NCBI GenBank assembly: GCA_963663405.2
Contig: CAXXSM010000036.1
Coordinates: 1 to 64,000, forward strand
DNA: 64,000 nucleotides
Source: a bacterium
GTDB lineage: Bacteria > Hinthialibacterota > Hinthialibacteria > Hinthialibacterales > Hinthialibacteraceae
Reading direction: 5' to 3'
Shown: positions 19,738 to 28,869 of the stretch, one piece after another
Layout of the letters: every line of letters starts with the position of its first letter
Numbering within the stretch: the stretch's first letter is position 1
Notes under the pieces: model-generated
What the model was told of the DNA's origin: nothing
What the model saw: only the letters and a program-made list of their open reading frames with translations
The model's database searches: none
Made by a program: the position numbers and the translations under genes

Positions 19738-22278
19738 ATGGTTCGTACAATTTATTTATTTTTTATTTTTTCAGCATGGTTCATCTCTTCCGCTGACTCG
19801 GATGTTGTGATTAATGAACTATTCTATAATCCTCCTGATAGTGGATATGAATCCGGCGTTTTAAGAGAATTCGTTGAACTTTATAATCCTGGTTCCCAAC
19901 CTGTTGATGTGTCTGGATACCAATTCACCCAAGGGATCCGGTATACTATCCCGGAAGGAACTATTGTTGGGGCGGACGCGTATCTAGTCGTGGCTTGTGA
20001 TCCCACATATTCTTCTTGGCGCCGGAAAACAATTGCGATTTTGCTTGGGCCCTATGAAGGGAGACTTTCCGATAGCGGTGAAAGAATTACCCTTGCTCGT
20101 CCTGATGGAACCGAAGTGGACAGTCTTCGCTATGATGATTTCACTCCTTGGCCGCGTACTCCAGATGGGTATGGAACCTCGCTGGAACGGATCGCGTGGG
20201 ATCTGCCATCCGGTGATTTTCATTCCTGGAGATCGTCTCTTGTAAATGAGGGAACGCCTGGCGGGATTAACACAGCTGTGGGAACGATCCCTCGGCCAAT
20301 GATTCTCAGCCATGAAATCGATCCGCCGCATCCGGTTTCTTCGGATACTGTACGAATTCGTATTGGCTTCAGCGCCGCTGGAATTATCGATTCGGCGACA
20401 CTGCAATGGGAACGCGCCGAACGTGATTCTGGGAGCAATACGGAGCAGAATTTTTTAGTTTTAGGGTATGATACCTTCCGGTATTGGAAAGGGATATCGG
20501 CGCCGTCCGAGGGGCTGGAATGGACGCAGGTTGGTTTTGATGATTCTGAATGGGCGCAGGATGAGGGAGCGTTTGGAACTGGCAGAAATGATTTTATGAG
20601 TACCCGTTTAACTGATATGCAGGGGAATTATTCAACGGTTTATATCCGGCGCCGGTTCAATATTACCAATCCAGATGAATATAAATCGCTATTTCTCTAT
20701 CCATTTTACAAGGATGGATATGTTTGCTATTTAAATGGAACGGAGGTTTCTTCCGTCAACGCGCCTGCTGAGTTAACCCATGAGTCACTTGCGACAGAAA
20801 TACATGATTCTGATAATCCGGATTTTGTCACGATTCAGAATGTCGATGAGATTCTCATGGAGGGTGAGAATGTTCTATGCTTAGTTGGATTGAACGACGA
20901 ATTGGATGACCGTACTTTTTTGATTGGGGCTTTTTTACAAGAAGGAGAGCGGAATATTCCAGATGTGGGGACAGGGAATTTCGTTCCAATGCGAAAAGTG
21001 GCGGAGATAGTCGAATCCGTGACGTTTGAGGCTGAAATTCCTCCGAATCCATCACAAACATTAGTGCGCTTCAATGCGAAAGTCCAACTGATTGATGGAC
21101 GGACTGTTGTTCTGCCTCATGTCGCGGCGTTGCGGCCGTTTGAATCATACTTTGTTTATGATGGTGAGATCGAATCGAAACTGCCTGTTCTCTGGTTGTA
21201 CGAGTCGATTTATACAGGTTTAACGGAATTTGACCGATCCGCCGGGGGAGCGGTGGCGCTTCTGCCGGGAGAAAGCGCGCCTTATGTTCATGACGGCGCG
21301 ATTGTGTATCCTTCCCGTAATGGGCAGAAATTGAAATTTCTGAAGGGGGAGGAATTTCGCGGTGACCGGACCGTTAATGTGATTCCCGAAGCGCCGTATG
21401 GGAGTACTACTGCGGGAACTAGTTCGCCGCATCGCGAACATCTCGGTTATTGGTTTTTTGAAAGTTTTGGCGTTCCTGTGCCACGAGCGGAATGGTTCCG
21501 GGTGATCTCTACGCCGCGAAGCGGGGCCGTTCAAACACAACAATTGATTGTGCAGCAGGTGAATGAACGGTTTTTGGAGATGAACGGACGGAATCCGGAC
21601 GCGGACCTCTATAAACGTAATTATGTCAATCCACTGTGGGAAAAACATACGAATCTAGAAACCGGTGATCAGAGCATAACGGATCTCATGCAGGCCCTGC
21701 AACAAGCGCGCGATCCTGACACATTGCATGAGGTTTTATTCACGAATCTTGTCATTGATGAGTTTATGGCGTATGAAGTGGCGTCTGTGTTAATGAGCAA
21801 TTGGGATGGTTTTCATAATAATCATTGGATGTATCTCGATCCGGATACGTTGAAATGGGAGATTATTCCGTGGGATCTGGACAAGGTGTGGGGATATACA
21901 GATACGAAATCGATGTTTGTGGAGATGCCGGTTGAATTTCCCCTCAATGGAAGAGCCGCGCACGCTTCACGCTCGACGGGTCCCGTCACCGGAAAATTTC
22001 ATCAGGACGATGCGCTTCATCAACAATATATCGAAAACCTGCAATACGAATTATCAAATTCATTTACCGAAGAGGTGATGTTCGCCAAGATTGATGAGGT
22101 CGAGGCTCTCTTATTAGAGGATCTCGATCTCCTGGAAGCGCAAATCGGTGCTCCACGGGCCGATCGCCGTGAGCAGATACTAAACGCTTACAATATTATC
22201 CGGGAATTCGTCGTATTGCGGCGGGAGTATCTGATTGGTGAGATTGGAACGCCGGTTGTAAATTGGGCGCTATATTAA
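19738..22278 (+). CDS. Secreted lamin-tail-domain + CotH kinase-like protein with C-terminal TPVVNWALY motif
   Basis: VVINELFYNP..EFVELYN (LTD); NWDG..NNH.MY...W.IIPWDLD (CotH-like). Confidence 0.8.
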   Translation: MVRTIYLFFIFSAWFISSADSDVVINELFYNPPDSGYESGVLREFVELYNPGSQPVDVSGYQFTQGIRYTIPEGTIVGADAYLVVACDPTYSSWRRKTIAILLGPYEGRLSDSGERITLARPDGTEVDSLRYDDFTPWPRTPDGYGTSLERIAWDLPSGDFHSWRSSLVNEGTPGGINTAVGTIPRPMILSHEIDPPHPVSSDTVRIRIGFSAAGIIDSATLQWERAERDSGSNTEQNFLVLGYDTFRYWKGISAPSEGLEWTQVGFDDSEWAQDEGAFGTGRNDFMSTRLTDMQGNYSTVYIRRRFNITNPDEYKSLFLYPFYKDGYVCYLNGTEVSSVNAPAELTHESLATEIHDSDNPDFVTIQNVDEILMEGENVLCLVGLNDELDDRTFLIGAFLQEGERNIPDVGTGNFVPMRKVAEIVESVTFEAEIPPNPSQTLVRFNAKVQLIDGRTVVLPHVAALRPFESYFVYDGEIESKLPVLWLYESIYTGLTEFDRSAGGAVALLPGESAPYVHDGAIVYPSRNGQKLKFLKGEEFRGDRTVNVIPEAPYGSTTAGTSSPHREHLGYWFFESFGVPVPRAEWFRVISTPRSGAVQTQQLIVQQVNERFLEMNGRNPDADLYKRNYVNPLWEKHTNLETGDQSITDLMQALQQARDPDTLHEVLFTNLVIDEFMAYEVASVLMSNWDGFHNNHWMYLDPDTLKWEIIPWDLDKVWGYTDTKSMFVEMPVEFPLNGRAAHASRSTGPVTGKFHQDDALHQQYIENLQYELSNSFTEEVMFAKIDEVEALLLEDLDLLEAQIGAPRADRREQILNAYNIIREFVVLRREYLIGEIGTPVVNWALY

Positions 22279-22587
22279 GCAGGGGAATGATTTATCTATT
22301 AAAGCGCTTAGTGAATAAATCTATGTCTACCGGTTCTATTCCTGTCGGCGCGCTGAATTGATAAACGCAGGGAACTGCGATCGTTTTGTAATCTACGCCT
22401 TTTCTCTTCCGCGTAAACGTAATTTCCTCCATCCCCACCGGAATATAATCCCAATCGATCACAATCAAGATAACCTTCTGTAGGTTAGGATTCCGCTTGA
22501 CTCTCAATCATAGCTATGGCTATTCTTCACTTAAGATTTTCGTATTGAATTAAGGTATTTTATTCCGTCCAGGCAGGGGTAACACTT

Positions 22588-24110
22588 ATGAGAATTGAAA
22601 AACTGAAAGTTCCGTTTATTGTATCCGTTCTTGGCTTTTTAACCGTATCGTACCTCCATGCGGGGGATCAGCCGCAGTGGGGTGAGAAACACTCGCGTAA
22701 TATGGTATCCAGTGAGACAAATCTTGTAGATGATTTCGATCCCACAACGGGGAAGAATGTCAAATGGATGGTTTCGTTAGGCAGTCAAACATGGTCAACT
22801 CCAATTGTCGCGGATGGGAAAGTCTTTATCGGCACAAACAATCAACCTCCCCGCGATCCGCGCCATGATGGAGACCGTGGGATTTTATTATGTTTGAACG
22901 AAGAGAATGGCGCCTTGTTGTGGCAGTTGGTGGTTCCGAAACTTGGCCCCGATCAATATCTCGATTGGCCACGGACAGGGATTGTCTCACCAGTGACCGT
23001 TGAAGACGATCGTGTCTATGTCATTACGAATCGTGGAGAAGCGGTGTGTCTCGATATTCACGGTCAAAGCAACGGCAATGATGGTCCTTACCTGGATGAA
23101 GGGGGGCATATGGGATTGGGGTCCGAAGACACGTATGAGGTGACCTCCATCGATGCGGATATCCTCTGGCTTTTTGATATTCCCAATCAAGCGGGAACGT
23201 ATCCGCATGACGCCGCTCATGGATCGTTTCTGCTCGATGGGGATATTCTTTATATTAATACCAGTAATGGGGTAGATAACACGCATCAGCGGATTCGGAA
23301 ACCAGAAGGGCCCAGCCTGATCGCTCTGGATAAGAACACGGGGCGTCTTTTGGCTCGTGATGAGGAAGGGATCGGCCCTCGTATTTTTCACAGCACATGG
23401 TCTTCGCCAGCGCTGGGCGTCGTGAATGGGAAGAAATTAATCTTTTTTGCTGGAGGTGATGGTGTTATCTATGCGTTTGAGGCTCTGAAAACCATTCCTC
23501 CAGAAGGGAAAGTTGTACCATTCAAGAGAGTATTTCGATTTGATTGCGATCCGAAGGCGCCGAAAGAGAATGTCCATGAATACAGCCGGAACCGGAAAGA
23601 AGGGCCCAGCAATATTAAGAGTATGCCCGTTTTTCATGAGAATCGTGTTTATGTGACTGTTGGTGGGGATATCTGGTGGGGAAAGAACCAGTCATGGCTG
23701 CAATGTATCGACGCGACCAAAAGCGGAGATGTGACCGAATCTGGTTTAATCTGGTCTTATGAATTGGGGGATCACTGTTGTTCAACACCAGCGGTATGCG
23801 ATGGATTGGTATATGTCGCGGATTGTAATGGAATCCTGCATTGCGTAGACGCGGAAACAGGTAAGGCCTGCTGGACGCATGAAACCGGGGGGAGGTTTGG
23901 GCGTCACCGATTGTGGCGGATGGAAAGATTTATGTAGGAACAAAACGAAAAACGTTTTGGATACTGGGAGCGGGCCGTACAAAGAAAGTAATTCGAGAGG
24001 TCCGATTAGACAGCGAAATGACCAGTACTGTGACCGCCGCTAATGGCGTTCTATATATCACGACTATGAAAAAACTGTATGCGTTGGAGGAATCTGCGAA
24101 AGGAAATTAG
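22588..24110 (+). pseudogene. PQQ-like (BamB-type) beta-propeller protein split by a 1-nt frameshift (or sequencing error)
   Basis: Signal peptide and repeated STPIVADG-type blades; one more G in the G6 run at 23887-23892 gives HETGGEVWASPIVADGKIYVG and joins 22588..23937 to 23913..24110. Confidence 0.8.
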
Positions 24111-24293
24111 GGCGAGATTTTTTTTATTTTCATTGCTTTGTCTTTACTAAACGCGGACATCATCTGAGTTTTTCAATTCATGTTTTTTTATCTCCATGCA
24201 AATTCTCGGAAAGTAGCGCCAGTAACGACAACGCCGCGCGATGGTGGCTTTTTGATGAAAAACCTTGCCCTGGTTACCCGTCGCATAGAGGAC

Positions 24294-24330
24294 AAAAAAA
24301 CGCCGTGTGATTTTTATTCACACGGCGGCT
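24294..24330 (-). terminator. Rho-independent terminator of the LamG gene (possibly bidirectional)
   Basis: CGCCGTGTGA-loop-TCACACGGCG stem next to an A7 run (U-tract on minus strand). Confidence 0.75.
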
Positions 24331-24353
24331 TTGCTGTTATAACATTTCAATTC

Positions 24354-25139
24354 TTATTTGAAGAGTTCCCAATCTCCGGCGTTGGAGGTAGGAACGCCGC
24401 CATCCGCTAAGTATAACGCAACGATGTCCGAAGCGCTTAGGGCTTCGTTGTAAATCCTGACATTATCCAAATAACCCGGCCAGTTTTCACCATCCGCTCC
24501 TTCGTTGTCACCGCCAAAGAAGAGAGGTTGCGGTTCGGTCAAACCTTGGGTGATCAGCTTCGCTCCCCCTACAACACCGTTGCAGTAATAGGTCAGATTC
24601 GCGCCCTTTTTGACAACGGCGTGGAAGAGCCAAATGTCATCCGGAATATCTTCATAATCCATGTTGTCGTCACCGTTCCCGTTCATGTGCCATTCGAACT
24701 TAGTTGACGTAAACTTAATGAACATACGGGGATCGAAATCGGTGGCGCTGATGCTCATCCGATTACCTAAGAGGATATTGTTTTCGGTTTTATCGGACGT
24801 CTGTTTGGCCCAGAATGCCCATGTAAAGTCAACGTCGAGCGCCATAGCCGGGATGAGCCCATCGCCAGCGAGGACATAGTTACCATCCGCCAAGCCGTTG
24901 AAACTCATAACCGAGCCACGTTCTGGATCGTTCACCCAGGCTGAGCCGTTATCACCCAGACCGCCATCGACATTACCGAGTACCGCGTCAGCGTTCGTTC
25001 CGGTCGAATCGGCGGTGACATCGCCGGAGCCTTCTTCAAACTCCCAGAAACCGACTAAGTCTGCCTGCGACACTGCGGTGAAACAAAACGTTCCCATCAG
25101 CACGCACAGCGTGATAATACCTGCTTTTCGAATTTTCAT
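24354..25139 (-). CDS. Secreted LamG-like jelly-roll protein with C-terminal SNAGDWELFK motif
   Basis: Signal peptide ending SQA-DLVGFWEFEE; W.FHAVV, G.LDNVRIYNEALS. Confidence 0.85.
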   Translation of the reverse strand: MKIRKAGIITLCVLMGTFCFTAVSQADLVGFWEFEEGSGDVTADSTGTNADAVLGNVDGGLGDNGSAWVNDPERGSVMSFNGLADGNYVLAGDGLIPAMALDVDFTWAFWAKQTSDKTENNILLGNRMSISATDFDPRMFIKFTSTKFEWHMNGNGDDNMDYEDIPDDIWLFHAVVKKGANLTYYCNGVVGGAKLITQGLTEPQPLFFGGDNEGADGENWPGYLDNVRIYNEALSASDIVALYLADGGVPTSNAGDWELFK

Positions 25140-25274
25140 ACTTTTTCCCCTTTCCACAGATAAATAGATTTTTGTAAAAGTGAAATTTAACATATTCAAT
25201 TCATCATTTCAATGATAAATATCGCTTTATTAGGTTTTTATTTAAATTTTTTTTTAGTGGGGAAAAGGGAGACG

Positions 25275-25877
25275 TTATCCTTGATTTCGAACGCCGTTGC
25301 GGATCCAGGTTCCGTGTCTATATTCACCGCCCATCCAGAAGATATCCCCCGTGGAATACACGCCGTTGCTGGTGTGGTAATCATACCAGCTTGTGCCCCA
25401 GGGCCAGTCCAGCTGGGCGCCGGTACTGTCCTCCGCGTCAGGGCCGGTGGAAGTGATGGACCATGTGCCACCGCGGCGCTTGTCGGAATTGGGGCTGCGG
25501 TTTTCCCATGGCGTATCGGTTCCCATCTCATAGACGGGGGCGGATGAACTGTCTCCCGCGCCGGCGATATATTCCTGATCGATTCGGACAAATGGATCGT
25601 GGGGAAACGCGCTAAGGTATGCGACAGGAGAGGTTAACATGCTCAAACCGATTGGAAGCGAATTGTCTGAATCGATGGGGTATGTATTATTATCGATGTA
25701 GTAAGACTCCAGCGCAGTCTGAACGGCTTTGAAATCGGATTCGGTATGGGCCACCTTCGCCCGCATTTGCGCGTTGAGAAAGTTGGGAACCGCGATCGCC
25801 GCTAGAATGCCGATGATAGCGACGACGATCAATAATTCGATAAGGGTGAAGGCGAATCTCGTCTGCATTGATTTCAT
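25275..25877 (-). CDS. Prepilin-type N-terminal methylation domain protein (GspG/PilA-like pseudopilin)
   Basis: RFA-FTLIELLIVVAIIGILAAIAVPNFLNAQMRAK; LTSPVAYL, STGPD, SNG..STGDI; paralog of 1184..1765. Confidence 0.85.
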   Translation of the reverse strand: MKSMQTRFAFTLIELLIVVAIIGILAAIAVPNFLNAQMRAKVAHTESDFKAVQTALESYYIDNNTYPIDSDNSLPIGLSMLTSPVAYLSAFPHDPFVRIDQEYIAGAGDSSSAPVYEMGTDTPWENRSPNSDKRRGGTWSITSTGPDAEDSTGAQLDWPWGTSWYDYHTSNGVYSTGDIFWMGGEYRHGTWIRNGVRNQG

Positions 25878-25959
25878 GATTTCGACCCCATTCATACTGA
25901 GTAATAAGAATGAAGTGAATAGATTAACATAATTCTATCGATCAAGTAAATGGGGCTAG

Positions 25960-26095
25960 CTTGGAGCAGGCGTTGATGCTCTTCATTCGGCGCGGGTACC
26001 AAGATAAATTCCCCCCTAAACAACTCATAACGCCGTTCGTCATCTAACGAACAGTAATCCGTATACGTATAATGAGATTTCACCGTCGCTGACAT
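25960..26095 (-). pseudogene. Truncated Uma2 (DUF820) endonuclease remnant
   Basis: MSATVKSHYTYTDYCSLDDERRYELFRGEFILVPAPNEEHQR matches the Uma2 N-terminus, then runs into unrelated sequence. Confidence 0.7.
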
Positions 26096-26182
26096 TTTCC
26101 TGTGACCTTTGTGATTATATTTAGTATAAAGTAAAGAGTGGGAGAATCCTACGGTTTTTTTAATCAAAAAAAGGGAATACTT

Positions 26183-28267
26183 ATGATACAAATACAAACA
26201 ATAAAAATTTTCTTTCTTTTTTTTATTGCCCTTTTGCTTTATCCACAGAATCCCTTCGCTTCAAAGCAGAAGCCTGTTCGCACCGTTCATTATATGAAAA
26301 GCGTGGAGATACCTGAAAATTCTAGGTTTTACCAGCCGTTTTCTACGCGTTTGGATGAATCCATTCGAACGGGTCAAAATCAATTACTGCGGTTTTACGA
26401 TGCGGTAAAGAAAGGGGATCTCTCCTTTGATTATAATCAGGATGGGGCTGTCAACACACGCGATCTCTATATCTTGGCAAACGTGTGGCCCCAATCCGTT
26501 ACCATTCTTCCCTCAATTGATGAAATTCAATGGACCTCTCAACGTGGGGAATGGACGTTGGATTCTGGTCTTATCGAAGGCGTATCAGGCATCGACGCCC
26601 GTCTTGTATCCGAATCTCTGTTCCCTTCCAACATCGATTTCACTGTCAAGATCCATTTAAAGGAAGGGAACGGGGCGGGCGCCATGTTTTGGGCAGACGC
26701 GACGGGGGAGACCGGGTATGTAGTCCGATTAGATGAGAACCTTGGTTTATTTTTATTGGCGCGAGTGGGACCTTGGCCGGAAGAAGAAAAACTCGACCGC
26801 TATCCTTGGAGACCTTCGGACGGTCCGGCTGTTGAATTGCGCATTGTTACATCGGATTTCGGTATCCGTGTCTATTTAGCGCAACAATCCCCTTATCCCA
26901 TCTTGGAAACTATAAACCAGACGCCTATGGGAAACCATATCGGATTTTATCTCCAAGACGCGCGCGCTTCGTTTTCATTGCTTGAACTGAACTCATCAAA
27001 CGTGTCAACTCCAGACTTGTTCGTTCCTGAAGATGGGGAATATAGCGGAATCTACGATCAGAGTGTCGGGGAAGAGGAATCCTGGTATATCAACGATCAT
27101 TGTTTTACACGGGATCGGGAAGGGAAGTTTCATCTATTCGGCATTACCCATCCGCATCCCAACAAACCCGATGACGAAGATCAATTCGCCCATGCGTCAG
27201 CGGAGAATCTATTACAAGTTCCTTGGGAAAAGCATCCATTCGCTCTGGTGACGGATACAACGGAGGGGGAAAACCACTTGTGGTCGCCGTTTATCTTTGA
27301 TAAAGAGGGCATGTATTATATGTTTTACACGGCAGGAAGTCTTCCCGGGAATTACTCATTCCGGATGCATCTCGCCACGTCTACCGATCTTTTCCAATGG
27401 ACTCGTTATGAAGGAAATCCCCTGTTTGAGGATTATTACGACGCCCGTGATCCGATGGTTATTAAAGTGGATGGGCGTTATATCATGTATTACACTGCGA
27501 CGAACGATCGTCCTTCCGGCGCGCATATCGTCGCTTACCGGACCAGCGATGATCTTTTGCGGTGGTCGCCACGTCATACCGCGTTCACTCACGATTCGAT
27601 TGGAACGAACAATGGGCCGACAGAGTCACCATTCGTCGTTCAGTATGGCGCCCATTTCTATCTACTTGCGGGACCCGATCCTGATAATTACCGTACGACA
27701 ATCGTTTATCGTTCCTCCACGCCTTATCATTGGGATCTGACCGATCGGATTGGTGTTCTTAACGCTCACGCCCCTGAATTGATCCAAGATACGGATGGCT
27801 CCTGGTACGTGAGCCATTGTGGGTGGTATTATAATGGTGTCTATCTCTCTCCATTGACATGGCGTCCAGAGCCTAAAACTCGTCTTTTTGTAAACTTGGG
27901 AGAATCGCTGGATTTTGTGACGGACCAGAATGAGACATTCGTCAGTGATTGGCGTGGCACGGCGGGACTTGATCTTGTGGCGGATGAACAAGGATTTTTC
28001 ATTCTTGAGATTCCCATTCCAGACGGCGTTCAAATCCTTGAGATAGAATTGCAGGAAGAAGGTGAATTACGCTTAGAAGTTATGCTAGGCGATGAGTCTA
28101 AAGTTTTATTAGATCAAGGGGATAGTGGACCTGGAATTCCTTCAATCCTGCGTTTAGAGGTAGGAGAAGGTGATCTCGATCAAGGATATTTACGTCTGCG
28201 GTTTAAAGATAGCGATCCGAGTGATGGTTGGGGGCCGAATGTGAATTGGATTCGATTATTATGGTGA
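26183..28267 (+). CDS. Secreted glycoside hydrolase with five-bladed propeller (GH32/GH43-like) and EF-hand/dockerin-like loop
   Basis: Signal peptide; DYNQDGAVNTRDL; WYINDH, LWSP, ARDPMV, TESP motifs. Confidence 0.72.
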   Translation: MIQIQTIKIFFLFFIALLLYPQNPFASKQKPVRTVHYMKSVEIPENSRFYQPFSTRLDESIRTGQNQLLRFYDAVKKGDLSFDYNQDGAVNTRDLYILANVWPQSVTILPSIDEIQWTSQRGEWTLDSGLIEGVSGIDARLVSESLFPSNIDFTVKIHLKEGNGAGAMFWADATGETGYVVRLDENLGLFLLARVGPWPEEEKLDRYPWRPSDGPAVELRIVTSDFGIRVYLAQQSPYPILETINQTPMGNHIGFYLQDARASFSLLELNSSNVSTPDLFVPEDGEYSGIYDQSVGEEESWYINDHCFTRDREGKFHLFGITHPHPNKPDDEDQFAHASAENLLQVPWEKHPFALVTDTTEGENHLWSPFIFDKEGMYYMFYTAGSLPGNYSFRMHLATSTDLFQWTRYEGNPLFEDYYDARDPMVIKVDGRYIMYYTATNDRPSGAHIVAYRTSDDLLRWSPRHTAFTHDSIGTNNGPTESPFVVQYGAHFYLLAGPDPDNYRTTIVYRSSTPYHWDLTDRIGVLNAHAPELIQDTDGSWYVSHCGWYYNGVYLSPLTWRPEPKTRLFVNLGESLDFVTDQNETFVSDWRGTAGLDLVADEQGFFILEIPIPDGVQILEIELQEEGELRLEVMLGDESKVLLDQGDSGPGIPSILRLEVGEGDLDQGYLRLRFKDSDPSDGWGPNVNWIRLLW

Positions 28268-28294
28268 ATGTTCAGTACGTTTTTTTTTACTCAG

Positions 28295-28780
28295 CTACTT
28301 CCCAAAATAGACTTTTTCAAAATCATTAATCAGTGTATTCAGCTCGGCGGTATAGTCTAAATTAGTTGTCTGTTTCGCTTTCATGGATGCGACCAGCATG
28401 CCGTGACAGAGCGTTAGTTTCTTTACATAATCATTCCATTCCGCGCCTTCGTTGGATTCAGGGTGTTTAATGCGCTGTTGCAGGAAATATTTCGTCACAA
28501 TTTCGGCGAGTTCATCCGCGTGAGTGTCTTTGTTGATCACCCAGCGTACGATTTGATTGGCGTGATGCGATGGATCTTTGGAGAGTTCTTCAATCAGTTT
28601 CATCGATTTTTCGATTGTTGTGACATTCTCTCTTAATTGAGTAAAACGGGCGGGATCGTCATAGATGCCGCAGGGAATCTGGCAATGCGCAAAGGCGGAA
28701 TACTGGACATAGAAAACTGCGCCCAGAGTCAGCGCGATACCCATAGCGAATGCGGTGAACCGGAGAGTGCGTTGTTTCAT
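28295..28780 (-). CDS. sodN: Nickel superoxide dismutase precursor
   Basis: AFA-HCQIPCGIYDD nickel-hook after a hydrophobic signal peptide. Confidence 0.92.
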   Translation of the reverse strand: MKQRTLRFTAFAMGIALTLGAVFYVQYSAFAHCQIPCGIYDDPARFTQLRENVTTIEKSMKLIEELSKDPSHHANQIVRWVINKDTHADELAEIVTKYFLQQRIKHPESNEGAEWNDYVKKLTLCHGMLVASMKAKQTTNLDYTAELNTLINDFEKVYFGK

Positions 28781-28869
28781 TAGTCTTTCCTCCATTTATT
28801 AATTGGATGGGTGTAACTAAACTGGATTAATATGAAACATTATACCCATTCAAATTGAAAATGTGGATT

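Noticed and set aside
22292-22507. 71-aa minus-strand ORF in an intergenic gap
   Set aside because: No recognisable motif or RBS; could be a remnant but unsupported
28232-28267. GH C-terminus (PNVNWIRLLW) as a sixth copy of the C-terminal motif
   Set aside because: Spacing differs and it resembles the last strand of a CBM-like beta-sandwich
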